The notes: a model not told the origin generated them from the letters alone. A DNA stretch of 63,556 nt from Candidatus Uhrbacteria bacterium RIFOXYC2_FULL_47_19 (GCA_001791745.1 MGFG01000009.1:5175-68730), one strand, 5' to 3'. Numbered from the stretch's first letter, positions 10,801 through 20,799 are shown. A program made the numbers and translations.

Positions 10801-11736
10801 CTAGGCCTGGCCTTTGCAGCCAAAAACTCGCATTCGATCGCGAACAGTGGCTTTCATTAAAGCCTTGGATGGAGTGAGTAGTTTTCTTGGATCGATTTCA
10901 TCGGTCATTTCTGTAAGTGCTTGCCGTAATCCGACAGTAAAGGCCAGTCGTAGATCGGAATCGATGTTGATTTTGCGTATGCCAGCCTTGATAGCGCGGC
11001 GAATTTCACTATCTGGTACACCCTTAGCGCCTTTTAGGCGGCCACAATCACCGAGTCTTTCACAGTATTCTTTTGATTCGTTAACCAGTTCTTGATCTAT
11101 TTCTGAAGCTCCATGTAATACAAGCGGCACTCGTACTAACTGATCAATTTTTTTGAGTCTGGCAATATCTAGTTTAGCTTCTTCTTTAAACTTATAAGCA
11201 CCATGCGCTGTACCGATTGAGACGGCCAGGGCATCACATCCAGTCTCTATTGCGAAGCGTTGAGCTTCTTCTGGATTAGTGTAGAAAGCTCGTTTTTCAT
11301 CGACTGTAACTAAATCCTCGATACCTTTTATAGCTCCGATTTCTGCTTCGACTGAGACACCCTTGAGTTTGGCCCAACTAACAACTCGGCGTGTATTGGC
11401 TACGTTTTGTTTGTAAGGAAGGAGTGAACCGTCGTACATGACGGAGGTATAGCCTGCTGTAATCGCTCGTTTAATCAGCTTCAGATTTTTACCGTGATCC
11501 AAGTGGAGGACGACCGGAATTGGTGATTTGGCTGCCAGATTAACCATAGCTATTAAATAATCTAGACCGGCATATTCAATTGCACCTTCACTTGTTTGAA
11601 TGATAACCGGGGATCTTTCTTCGACTGCTGTTTCGATTACAGCCTGTAGAATCTCTAGATTGTTGATGTTGAAAGCTCCGACTGCATAGCCACCACGTTC
11701 GGCTCGGAATAATATTTTTTTGAGTGTAGTTAGCAT
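10801..11736 (-). CDS. fba: class II fructose-bisphosphate aldolase
   Basis: GGYAVGAFNINNLEILQAV..SPVIIQTSEG, HLDHG, LVLHGAS motifs. 311 aa. Confidence 0.9.
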   Translation of the reverse strand: MLTTLKKILFRAERGGYAVGAFNINNLEILQAVIETAVEERSPVIIQTSEGAIEYAGLDYLIAMVNLAAKSPIPVVLHLDHGKNLKLIKRAITAGYTSVMYDGSLLPYKQNVANTRRVVSWAKLKGVSVEAEIGAIKGIEDLVTVDEKRAFYTNPEEAQRFAIETGCDALAVSIGTAHGAYKFKEEAKLDIARLKKIDQLVRVPLVLHGASEIDQELVNESKEYCERLGDCGRLKGAKGVPDSEIRRAIKAGIRKINIDSDLRLAFTVGLRQALTEMTDEIDPRKLLTPSKALMKATVRDRMRVFGCKGQA

Positions 11737-11764
11737 GTTTCAGTGATTAGGTTCGACTATATTT

Positions 11765-12751
11765 TTACGCTTTGCGATGTAAAGCGCGACGAACGGCGGT
11801 TTTAATGTCGCTGACCGTCAGCTCGTACTCTGATAAGAGTTCGTCTGCTTCGCCAGATTGTCCAAAGCGGTTATGTACACCAACAAATTCGATTGGGGTT
11901 GGTGTGTTTTGGGCAAGTAATTCAGCCACAACCGAACCTAGTCCTCCGGCGATTTGGTGTTCTTCGACTGTAACCAGAGCACCGCATTTTTGGGCAGCCA
12001 TAAGTATCGCTTCGTCATCCAATGGTTTGATAGTGTGACAGTTAAGAACAGTGCATTCGATTCCGTCTTCGGCAGCTAACTCTTCGGCTGCTTGTAATGA
12101 CCTTTCTGTCATCAGTCCGCAAGCTATGATCGCTGTATCGGTACCCTCACGAAAGATTTGGACGCGGCCGATTTCAAACGGTGTATCAACAGAGGTTAGG
12201 GTTGGTACTTTGGCACGACCTAAGCGTAAGTAAGCTGGGCCATCGAGTGTTGCCAGGGCGAGTGTGGCTCGTCGAGCTTGTTCGGAGTCGCAGGGTACAA
12301 CCACTGTCATTTTCGGCAGACAACGCATGAGGGCTATATCTTCGAGTGCTTGGTGAGTAGCGCCATCGGCCCCAACCGACAGTCCGGCGTGCCCACCAAC
12401 CACTTTTAGATTTACATCATTTAAACAGACATTGGTTCGGATTTGTTCCCAGGAACGGCCAGGGGAGAAGGCAGCAAACGAGGCGACGAACGGTATTTTT
12501 CCAGCCAAGGCAAAGCCCGCACCCAGAGCCACTAATAATTGTTCAGAGACGCCGATGCGAACAAAGCGTTTAGGGAATTGCTGTTCAAATTCAGTCATCT
12601 TTAGTGATTCGGTCAGGTCGGCGCAGATGCCGATTATCCGCTCGTCTAGTTTAGCTGCTTCAACTAAACCTTGTCCGAAACCGTCGCGCGTGGCGGCGAG
12701 TAGTTTTTTTTGCTTGCCCGAATCATTCAGTTTCAAGTTTTGTTTAGACAT
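11765..12751 (-). CDS. tkt: transketolase, C-terminal (pyrimidine-binding) subunit
   Basis: RDGFGQGLVEAA, FVRIGVSEQ, GATHQALEDIALMR. Lies directly downstream of the N-terminal subunit gene (split transketolase). Confidence 0.9.
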   Translation of the reverse strand: MSKQNLKLNDSGKQKKLLAATRDGFGQGLVEAAKLDERIIGICADLTESLKMTEFEQQFPKRFVRIGVSEQLLVALGAGFALAGKIPFVASFAAFSPGRSWEQIRTNVCLNDVNLKVVGGHAGLSVGADGATHQALEDIALMRCLPKMTVVVPCDSEQARRATLALATLDGPAYLRLGRAKVPTLTSVDTPFEIGRVQIFREGTDTAIIACGLMTERSLQAAEELAAEDGIECTVLNCHTIKPLDDEAILMAAQKCGALVTVEEHQIAGGLGSVVAELLAQNTPTPIEFVGVHNRFGQSGEADELLSEYELTVSDIKTAVRRALHRKA

Positions 12752-12756
12752 ATTGA

Positions 12757-13617
12757 TCAGGCTACGTTCATAGTCAGCTTTTGTTCCACTGCTTGTAGTT
12801 CGGCTAGAGCTCGTTCAGTCTCTTCGTTGTTGGGTGCAAGGCCATGCCATTTATGATCGTTCTCCATAAAGCTAACGCCGCACCCCGGAATATTTTTAGC
12901 GATGATACAGGTTGGTCTATCACTAATCGACTTAGCCTGCTCTGCAGCTTTGATTATTTGACCAATGTCATTACCGTCGATTTCAATAACGTTCCAATTG
13001 AAGGCTAAATATTTTTCTTTGAGTGGTTCGATTGGCATGACTTCCTCGGTAGGTCCATCAATTTGAATGTCATTGCGATCAACAATACAAGTCAGGTTTG
13101 CTAATCGGTTTTTTCCGGCAAACAGTACAGCCTCCCAGTGCAATCCAGCACCATGCTCACCATCTGAAGTTAGTACATAGGTGTGCCAACTCAATTCATC
13201 TAGTCTGGCAGCATAGGCTAATCCAGCACCTTGGGCTAATCCAGCTCCTAGCGGACCGGAAGTTGATTCCAATCCAGGTAGCCGCAAACGTTCGGGGTGT
13301 CCTTGCAGTCTGGATCCAAAGTTGCGTAGGGTCAGCAGTTCATCGGGTGAGAAATAGCCAGCTCGAGCCATGGTGGCGTAGCGGGCCGGACAGATATGTC
13401 CATTCGACAGTAAAAAGCGGTCACGTTCATTCCAGTCCGGATTTTTTGGGTTATGGCGTAGGATTCGGAAGTAAAGTGCAACCATGACATCGGTCATGCC
13501 GAGTGAACCGGCTGGATGCCCCGATCCGGCGGCGTGGATCATTTTTATGATGTCCTGGCGGATCCGTATAGCTAGGATCTCCAGTTCGCTGTTCGATTCT
13601 TTGAAGTTGTGGTCCAT
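12757..13617 (-). CDS. tkt: transketolase, N-terminal (thiamine-diphosphate-binding) subunit
   Basis: GSGHPAGSLGMTD, LSNGH, GPLGAGL, SDGE..G..WEA, DRN motifs. 286 aa. Confidence 0.9.
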   Translation of the reverse strand: MDHNFKESNSELEILAIRIRQDIIKMIHAAGSGHPAGSLGMTDVMVALYFRILRHNPKNPDWNERDRFLLSNGHICPARYATMARAGYFSPDELLTLRNFGSRLQGHPERLRLPGLESTSGPLGAGLAQGAGLAYAARLDELSWHTYVLTSDGEHGAGLHWEAVLFAGKNRLANLTCIVDRNDIQIDGPTEEVMPIEPLKEKYLAFNWNVIEIDGNDIGQIIKAAEQAKSISDRPTCIIAKNIPGCGVSFMENDHKWHGLAPNNEETERALAELQAVEQKLTMNVA

Positions 13618-13711
13618 AAAGCCAAAAAGTCAATTTCTTCACTAAACTATAGCATTTTTAAGATCAGTTTCAATCATGTTTTTTAATAAACTCTTGGTCG
13701 ATGAATTGACC

Positions 13712-13740
13712 AAAACAAAAAGACCCGATTCTCAGGTCTA
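13712..13740 (-). terminator. rho-independent terminator after rpe
   Basis: AGACC(N9)GGTCT hairpin followed on the minus strand by TTTTGTTTT. Confidence 0.5.
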
Positions 13741-13751
13741 TTTGCCGCTTT

Positions 13752-14399
13752 CTAATTAATTTGTTTGATGGTTTGCAGGGCTGTATTTAGTTCTCTAAAA
13801 GCTTGCACTGGATCGGGTGAGTCGGTCAGTGAACTGCCGACTACTGCTGCATCAGCTCCGGCCGCAGCTACTGCAGCGATATTGTGCGGCTTAATACCAC
13901 CATCGACCACAATATGCAGGTCGGGGCAAAGACCACGAATAGTTCTTATTTTGCGTAGGATGTCCGGTTGAAAATCCTGTCCGCTTCGTCCCGGCTCTAC
14001 CGACATAACTAAAACCGAGGCAATATGGTCCAAGAACGGTGCGATATCTGAAACTGGGGTGTGTGGGTTGAGTGCTAAACCGATTCGATGTGGATTGTTG
14101 ACTGTTCTAAGAATGAGATCCTGTCGGTGTGTCGACTCAGTATGAAAGTAAACATGTTCAGTTCCAGAGACTAACCAGATTGGTACTTCATGTTCTGGAT
14201 TGTCGACCATTAAGTGCGCTCCGTATTTTAATCCATCAGCGTACTCTTCGACTAATAGGGGATCAGCCCAGCTTCTCTGTGGAACAAAGATTCCATCTGC
14301 CAGATCAACGTGAATTGTGAGACCCAAACAACGAACACGCTCGACCTTACGGGCAAATTCATCTTGAGTTGCGGCGAGTATGGATGGATAAATTTCCAT
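13752..14399 (-). CDS. rpe: ribulose-phosphate 3-epimerase
   Basis: PSILAA...IHVDLADGIFVP, HLMV, VVDGGI motifs. 215 aa. Confidence 0.8.
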   Translation of the reverse strand: MEIYPSILAATQDEFARKVERVRCLGLTIHVDLADGIFVPQRSWADPLLVEEYADGLKYGAHLMVDNPEHEVPIWLVSGTEHVYFHTESTHRQDLILRTVNNPHRIGLALNPHTPVSDIAPFLDHIASVLVMSVEPGRSGQDFQPDILRKIRTIRGLCPDLHIVVDGGIKPHNIAAVAAAGADAAVVGSSLTDSPDPVQAFRELNTALQTIKQIN

Positions 14400-14429
14400 A
14401 ATCCGACATTCGGAGAGTCGATTCTTGTA

Positions 14430-14909
14430 TTAGACCGATCCTTTTTCGTAGCTAGTAATTTTTTTCAGACGACGACGATGGCGTGCCTCTCCAGTAAACG
14501 AAGTTCGAAGCCAGATATTGACCAGTTTTTTGGCTATAATCGGTGTACCACTCAGAGTTCTAGATCCTAGACACAGAACATTCGCGTCATTATGTTGGCG
14601 TGACAGTCTGGTTGTATAACTATCGTAAGCTAAAGCAGCTCTAACTCCGGAAACTTTATTGGCGACGATGCATTCACCAATACCACTACCACCCATAACT
14701 ATAGCAACTGCCCGACCGCGCGATTTGGCTACAGCTTCGGCTGCCGGCAAGATGAAATCCGGGTAGTCGTCAGTCGGAGACAGTTTGAACGCTCCTTGAT
14801 CGACAACCTCGTATTTGGCACGAGTTAGATATTTTTTCAGTTCTTCTTTGAGTTCGTAGGCGGCATGGTCGGCCGCGAGATGAATAATTGGTTTGATTCG
14901 GTCGGGCAT
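14430..14909 (-). CDS. rpiB: ribose-5-phosphate isomerase B
   Basis: RpiB/LacAB pattern: AADHAAYELKEEL, GGSGIGECIVANKVSGVRAA, HNDANVLCLG. 159 aa. Confidence 0.85.
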   Translation of the reverse strand: MPDRIKPIIHLAADHAAYELKEELKKYLTRAKYEVVDQGAFKLSPTDDYPDFILPAAEAVAKSRGRAVAIVMGGSGIGECIVANKVSGVRAALAYDSYTTRLSRQHNDANVLCLGSRTLSGTPIIAKKLVNIWLRTSFTGEARHRRRLKKITSYEKGSV

Positions 14910-15026
14910 ATGATTTAGTTACCTATCCATCTTACCACGACACAGGCTTGGCTATTAATGCAATAATTTGGCCAAGTACTGTCATAGCTTGAAAGAACTC
15001 TGATTTATCGCTAAGTTAACTCCGTT

Positions 15027-18000
15027 ATGGCTAAATTCAACTTACCGTTAATCGAGAAGTCCGAGCTCGAGAATTGGAAGGAGAAACGGATCCTTCAACA
15101 GATTCTAGAGCGCAACAGAAAGCCGGCGGAGAATCCGCGTGGCAAGTTTGTTTTTTATGAAGGTCCGCCGACCGCCAATGGTAGGCCGGGCACTCATCAC
15201 GTTCTGGCTCGTGCTTTCAAGGATGCTGTGGTTCGCTACCGCACCATGCGTGGTTATTGCATTGATCGTAAGGCTGGTTGGGATACACACGGTCTACCGG
15301 TCGAGCTGGAGGTAGAGAAGCAGTTGGGTTTTACCAAAAAGCAGCAGATTGAGGAGTACGGAGTAGCGGCGTTTAATCGTAAGTGTCGTGAGTCGGTCTG
15401 GAAATATCTCGACCTGTGGCAGGATATCACACGGCGCATCGGCTTCTGGGTGGACATGGACGATCCTTACATTACTTATAAAAACGATTACGTCGAGTCG
15501 TTGTGGTGGATCTTGAAAGAAATCAGTAGTCAAGAAATAGAAGGTCAGCCGATGTTGTTCGAGGGTTATCGAACTACACCGCACTGCCCACGTTGTGTTA
15601 CATCCCTGTCGTCACATGAGTTGGCGCAAGGGTATAAGGATGTTGAGGACCTGTCGGTCTTCGTTAAGTTTGCAGTGAAAGGTCAGCCTGGATTGTTCTT
15701 TTTGGCTTGGACGACTACTCCTTGGACTCTACCAGCTAACCTAGCTCTTGCTGTTAGATCGGATATTGAATACGTCGAGGTCAAATTGGAAGGTTCAGAT
15801 GAACGTTTCATTTTGGCCAAGGCATTATTAGGTGTGTTGTTGAGCGGCCATGAGATTGTCTCGGAGAAGAAGGGGTCTGATCTGGTCGGATTAGAGTACG
15901 AGCCGCTCTATGATATCGCGCCGGCTGACAGTCGGAGTAAGGTTTACCGCGTTTACACTGCTGACTTCGTTTCTATGGAGGATGGTACTGGCATTGTGCA
16001 TATTGCCCCGGCTTATGGTGATGATGATGCTGAACTCGGGCGTGAGTATGGATTGCCACCGGTATTGAGTGTGGACGCAGTTGGAATCATGGCCGATGGA
16101 TTGCCTGGTGGCGGGAAATCGTTCAAGGAGTCAGATGACGATGTGAGGGCCGACTTGGTTTCTCGCGGGCTCTTATATAAGGAAGAGAAGTATCTGCACT
16201 CCTATCCGTTTTGCTGGCGTTGCGGTACGCCGCTTATGTACCTAGCGAAGAGATCATGGTACATCCGCATGTCCAAACTGCGCGAAGAGTTGGCGGCCAA
16301 CAACCAGCAGATCAATTGGGTACCGTCACATATTAAGGACGGCCGTTTTGGTGAGTGGTTGCGTGAGGCTAAGGATTGGGCTTTATCACGCGAGCGATAC
16401 TGGGGTACTCCACTGCCGGTTTGGAAGTGCACTGCTTGCAACAAAACTCGAGTTATTGGTGGTTTATCCGAATTAGATGAGGTGGCACCGGCGCGGAACA
16501 CTTACTTCTTTCAGCGTCATGGTGAGTCAACTAGTAATGTAGCTCGATTGATTACTAGCCAAGACTTATCCGATAAGTACCACCTAACCGAGCGCGGTCT
16601 AAAACAGGTCGAGGAAGCAGCAGCTAAGTACGCGGGAATGGGTATTGATTTTATCTACGCTTCTGACTTGCATCGAACTAAGCAGACTGCCGAGGCTATT
16701 GCTGCAGCCTGTGGTTTGAAGGTTATCTATGATGAGCGGTTGCGCGAAGTTAAGACAGATAGCTCAAGAGATCGATCTGAAGACGAGTTTACTGCTCAGT
16801 TTACCGACTACAAGGAACGGATGGATAAACATATAGAGGAGGAGGATGAGTCTCTGCGCGATGTCAGACGGCGTATCATTGCTACACTCAAGGACATCGA
16901 CTCGCGACATGAAGGTAAACGGATCATGATTGTTAGTCATGGTGATTTGCTTTACGGAGCTAAGACCGGACTTTTGGGTTATGACGACGAGATGACTGTG
17001 GCCAGAATGAAGGACGAATATGTGAATGTAGGTGAACATTGGGAGTATGAGTTGCCGCGTCGTCCATATGACGAGGAAGGTCATGTAGACGTGCATCGTC
17101 CATTCATTGATGAGGTTAAATTTAAGTGTGTTTGTGGTGGTGAGATGGTACGCGAGCTGGATGTGCTCGACTGCTGGTTTGATTCGGGTGCTATGCCTCT
17201 TGCTCAATGGGGCTATCCATATCTAGAAGGTTCGATTGAACGGATTGACGGTACCAATCCGACCAACTTTCCAGCCGAGTACATCTCTGAAGCTATTGAT
17301 CAGACACGCGGTTGGTTTTATACCATGCTCGCGATTTCGACCTTGCTCGGACGAGGGACTCCGTATCGGAATGTCATTTGTTTAGGTCATATTCTCGATG
17401 GTAAGGGACTGAAGATGTCCAAGTCTAAGGGTAATATTGTCGATCCGTGGACCATGATGGATAAATGGGGAGCCGATGCGATTCGTTACAGCTTTTTCAC
17501 TGTCAATCAGCCTGGCGAACCGAAGCGATTCGATGAAAAAGGATTGGAAGATGTAACTAAGAAGGTCTTTTTAATCCTTTGGAATGTGTTGTCATTCCAT
17601 CAAATGTTTGCCGTTAAGGGTGCAGATTTTTCAGCGGCCCCATCAAAGCCGCAACATGTCCTTGATCAGTGGTTATTAGATGAGTTGGATACATTGATTA
17701 CTGACTCAACTAATGATCTCGAGAATTATCAGGTGGTCGATGCCTGCCGGAGGTTCGGTGGCTTCGTGAATGACCTGTCAACTTGGTACATCCGTCGTAG
17801 CCGCGATCGGTTCAAGGGTGAGGAGAGTGAACGTTCCGAAGCTTCGGCCACACTCGGTTATACGCTATATACGCTCTCTAGATTGCTGGCACCATTCACT
17901 CCGTTTTTAGCTGAGGCGCTGTATCGAGAACTGGGTGGTCAGATGGATTCGGTACATTTGGAGAGTTGGCCGGAAAAATCGACTACTTCTTCGGATGAGA

Positions 18001-18494
18001 AGCTAGTTCAAAAGATGCGGATGGTTAGATCGGCGGCTTCGGTTGGACTTGAAAAGAGAGCTTCGGCTGGTGTACCGGTTCGTCAGGCTTTGGCTAAGGC
18101 AACCATTACTGCGAACGTGGATAGCGAAGACTGGATGTCTGAACTTTTGAGCGACGAGCTTAACGTATTGAATATAGAATGGAAGAAGGGTGAGCAGATT
18201 GAGGTTGAATTAGATACCGAGATAACTCCAAAGTTACGACGTTTAGGGTTGTTGCGTGAGATCGTTAGGAACGTCAATGCTCTACGTCGTGAAGCTGGTC
18301 TCACTCCATCTGATGAGATAGTTCTAAATTGGGAATCGTCCGGTGATCTCTGGTCGGAAACTTTTGCTGAACACAGTGTTGTACTTCAAGGATCAGTTCA
18401 TGCGGTCGACTTGAACCAGGGCCGGACCGAGACTGAATTTTCGACGGAAATAGATGCCGACGGTCAAACTCTCTGGCTAGGCTTCAATCATTAG
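15027..18494 (+). CDS. ileS: isoleucyl-tRNA synthetase with an internal histidine-phosphatase-like domain insertion (~nt 16495-17085)
   Basis: PPTANGRPGTHH (HIGH region), TTPWTLPAN (editing domain), LKMSKSKGN, WFDSG, DQTRGWFYT. The insertion carries RHGESTSN...SDLHRTKQTAE...IVSHGDLL. 1155 aa in a single frame. Confidence 0.92.
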   Translation: MAKFNLPLIEKSELENWKEKRILQQILERNRKPAENPRGKFVFYEGPPTANGRPGTHHVLARAFKDAVVRYRTMRGYCIDRKAGWDTHGLPVELEVEKQLGFTKKQQIEEYGVAAFNRKCRESVWKYLDLWQDITRRIGFWVDMDDPYITYKNDYVESLWWILKEISSQEIEGQPMLFEGYRTTPHCPRCVTSLSSHELAQGYKDVEDLSVFVKFAVKGQPGLFFLAWTTTPWTLPANLALAVRSDIEYVEVKLEGSDERFILAKALLGVLLSGHEIVSEKKGSDLVGLEYEPLYDIAPADSRSKVYRVYTADFVSMEDGTGIVHIAPAYGDDDAELGREYGLPPVLSVDAVGIMADGLPGGGKSFKESDDDVRADLVSRGLLYKEEKYLHSYPFCWRCGTPLMYLAKRSWYIRMSKLREELAANNQQINWVPSHIKDGRFGEWLREAKDWALSRERYWGTPLPVWKCTACNKTRVIGGLSELDEVAPARNTYFFQRHGESTSNVARLITSQDLSDKYHLTERGLKQVEEAAAKYAGMGIDFIYASDLHRTKQTAEAIAAACGLKVIYDERLREVKTDSSRDRSEDEFTAQFTDYKERMDKHIEEEDESLRDVRRRIIATLKDIDSRHEGKRIMIVSHGDLLYGAKTGLLGYDDEMTVARMKDEYVNVGEHWEYELPRRPYDEEGHVDVHRPFIDEVKFKCVCGGEMVRELDVLDCWFDSGAMPLAQWGYPYLEGSIERIDGTNPTNFPAEYISEAIDQTRGWFYTMLAISTLLGRGTPYRNVICLGHILDGKGLKMSKSKGNIVDPWTMMDKWGADAIRYSFFTVNQPGEPKRFDEKGLEDVTKKVFLILWNVLSFHQMFAVKGADFSAAPSKPQHVLDQWLLDELDTLITDSTNDLENYQVVDACRRFGGFVNDLSTWYIRRSRDRFKGEESERSEASATLGYTLYTLSRLLAPFTPFLAEALYRELGGQMDSVHLESWPEKSTTSSDEKLVQKMRMVRSAASVGLEKRASAGVPVRQALAKATITANVDSEDWMSELLSDELNVLNIEWKKGEQIEVELDTEITPKLRRLGLLREIVRNVNALRREAGLTPSDEIVLNWESSGDLWSETFAEHSVVLQGSVHAVDLNQGRTETEFSTEIDADGQTLWLGFNH

Positions 18495-18502
18495 TTCGTA
18501 TC

Positions 18503-19054
18503 ATGATCATCAAACTGACAGGTCAGTTGACCTACAAGGGAACGAACTACGCTATAGTTGAAACTGGTGGGGTAGGTTATCAGGTTTACCTTTCTTCCAG
18601 CACTCTGGCTGATTTACCTGGTGGTAGCGAGGTCGAACTTTGGACTCACGAACATGTTCGTGAGGAGTTACGTGATTTGTATGGTTTTCGTAGTGAGCGG
18701 GAGCGCGGATTATTTTTGGAGCTTTTGGACGTCTCGGGTGTAGGTCCAAAGATGGCTCAGAACATCATGTCTTTGGGTAAAGTCGAGGAGATCGAACGTC
18801 GGATTGATGCTGGTGATGTGGCCTGGATGTCACGTGTACCAGGTGTAGGCAAGAAGACCGCTCAGAAGATTATTTTGGAACTAAAAGGCAAGCTGACCGA
18901 TATCGGTTCGTCTGATCCGCTCGGTAGTGAGGTGGTCTCGGCACTCATGAATCTCGGCTACTCACGTGAGCAGGCCAATCAGGCGGCGGTTCAATCCGAG
19001 GAAGGACCAGTCGAGGAGCGGCTCAAGGCAGCACTTAAGGCATTGGCGAGATGA
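18503..19054 (+). CDS. ruvA: Holliday junction DNA helicase subunit RuvA
   Basis: MIIKLTGQL...VETGGVGYQVYLS, LLDVSGVGPKMA, VPGVGKKTAQKIILELK (HhH motifs). 183 aa. Confidence 0.9.
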   Translation: MIIKLTGQLTYKGTNYAIVETGGVGYQVYLSSSTLADLPGGSEVELWTHEHVREELRDLYGFRSERERGLFLELLDVSGVGPKMAQNIMSLGKVEEIERRIDAGDVAWMSRVPGVGKKTAQKIILELKGKLTDIGSSDPLGSEVVSALMNLGYSREQANQAAVQSEEGPVEERLKAALKALAR

Positions 19055-19674
19055 CTGCTCAGCGTGATGAGGATCGAGAGAAGATCGTTTCCGCCTATCG
19101 GAGCGGAGCTCAGGTTTTGGCCGACAAGTTCGACAGTATCGGGGTGAGGGTTGCAGACATCGATCGCACTTTGGGTTTTTGTCAGCAGGAAAGGCCGAAT
19201 ATCTTGGAGCTCGGTTGTGGCAACGGACGCGACGCACAGGAGCTGTACCGTCGGGCTGGGTCGTATCTTGGTTTGGATATCTCGCCCGATCTGGTCGAGC
19301 TGGCCAGGATGAAGGTTCCAAATGCGCGTTTTGAAGTGGCCGATGTGATGGAATACTCCTTTCCGCTCGAACTCGATGCAGTTTTCGCCTTTGCCTCCCT
19401 GATTCACCTAGACCAGGAAGAAATGGAGGACGTATTGATCAGAATCGCCGCGGCGTTAAAGCTGGGTGGTGTGCTGATGCTTTCGATGAAGTATGGGGAG
19501 TACCGTCGAGTGGTTAAGGAAGACGATTTTGGCACCAGAATATTCCATCTCTATACGCCTGAACTAATTGAAAATCTTGCCTCCTCCAATTTTGAAACCA
19601 TCTGGACTAGTCAGAAAAACCTGAGAGGACAGGACTGGTTTGAAATCATCCTTCGCAAGACTAACTCCGTCTGA
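19051..19674 (+). CDS. class I SAM-dependent methyltransferase
   Basis: Motif I ILELGCGNGRDA. Overlaps the ruvA stop (ATGA). Confidence 0.75.
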   Translation: MTAQRDEDREKIVSAYRSGAQVLADKFDSIGVRVADIDRTLGFCQQERPNILELGCGNGRDAQELYRRAGSYLGLDISPDLVELARMKVPNARFEVADVMEYSFPLELDAVFAFASLIHLDQEEMEDVLIRIAAALKLGGVLMLSMKYGEYRRVVKEDDFGTRIFHLYTPELIENLASSNFETIWTSQKNLRGQDWFEIILRKTNSV

Positions 19675-20724
19675 ATGTTGAAACTGGTCGAAAGTGAGTC
19701 GTCGGACTGGAATCGCTTCGTTCTCGAGAACGGCAGTGGCTTTTTGCAGTCTTGGGAGTGGGGCGAGTTTCAGGAAGCTGTTGGTCGGCGAGTTTTTCGT
19801 TATCGCATCGATCTGCCAGGTGACAACGGTCAGTCGGTTGCTCGGTTTACTGCGATTTATGATTCATTTCCATTTGGTCGCCGCTATTCTTACATACCCA
19901 TGGGTCCGATTGTCTCCATAGATGGTGATCGTCGGAATAAGTTTGGTGTGGCTGTTTCAGCCATTAGGGAGTCTATTACTCGGGAAGGTTTGGTGTTAGC
20001 TCGTCTGGAACCACCAGCAGGATTTAATAGAGAGGATCTAAGTCGAGATGACCTACTTCAACTGGGTTTGGTTCCGGCACGCGCCAGAAGTCCGCAACAC
20101 ACCAGTGTTGTTGATTTGATCAAGAGTTCTGATGAGCTACTGGCCGACATGAAGCAAAAGACTCGCTACAATATTCGATTGGCTGAGAAGAGAGAGGTAA
20201 ACGTGCGACAGGCCGATCCGTCCGACCTTCGTGCTTTCACTAAAGATATTGATCGTTTTCAACAATTACTAGCCGAGACAGCTGGGCGTGACAGGTTTCA
20301 TACACACGAATCGGACTACTACAGACGAATGCTACAAGTATTAGCACCGAAAGATGGGCACGATTTGTCGGTTCGTCTGATGTTAGCCGATTTTGAGGGG
20401 CAGACTTTGGCTGCGGCCGTTCTGGCTCAATTCGGCGATACGATGACCTATTTACATGGGGCATCATCGTCGCAGCATCGTGAGGTTATGGCTCCCTATT
20501 TGTTGCACTGGCAGGCTATGCTTTGGGCTAAAGAAGTTGGTCTATCAAGATATGATTTTTGGGGAGTGGCGCCGGAAGATTCAGCAGCCGATCATTCATG
20601 GTCTGGTCTAACTCGATTTAAGTTGGGTTTTGGTGGACAGCGCGAGTCGAACTTGGGAACCTGGGAGTTACCTGGTAGTAAATTTTGGTACGGGGCTTAT
20701 AAAATAACGAAACGATTTTTTTGA
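19675..20724 (+). CDS. FemAB-family peptidoglycan interpeptide-bridge aminoacyltransferase
   Basis: FLQSWEWGEFQ N-terminus, KTRYNIRLAEK, TYLHGASS. The length (349 aa) is typical of the Fem/lipid II aminoacyltransferase family. Confidence 0.8.
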   Translation: MLKLVESESSDWNRFVLENGSGFLQSWEWGEFQEAVGRRVFRYRIDLPGDNGQSVARFTAIYDSFPFGRRYSYIPMGPIVSIDGDRRNKFGVAVSAIRESITREGLVLARLEPPAGFNREDLSRDDLLQLGLVPARARSPQHTSVVDLIKSSDELLADMKQKTRYNIRLAEKREVNVRQADPSDLRAFTKDIDRFQQLLAETAGRDRFHTHESDYYRRMLQVLAPKDGHDLSVRLMLADFEGQTLAAAVLAQFGDTMTYLHGASSSQHREVMAPYLLHWQAMLWAKEVGLSRYDFWGVAPEDSAADHSWSGLTRFKLGFGGQRESNLGTWELPGSKFWYGAYKITKRFF

Positions 20725-20746
20725 TTCAAATTTGATGTTTGTAAAC

Positions 20747-20776
20747 AAAACCGGCCATCCATTGGCCGGCTTTTTG
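20747..20776. terminator. bidirectional rho-independent terminator
   Basis: AAAACCGGCC(N7)GGCCGGCTTTTT between convergent genes. Confidence 0.75.
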
Positions 20777-20799
20777 GCATTTTGGGGGTTATGGGAAGG

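Noticed and set aside
16764-17207. 147-aa minus-strand ORF inside ileS, and similar antisense ORFs in uvrA, the GT4 genes and others.
   Set aside because: These are antisense shadows of strongly supported long genes, with no independent start signals.
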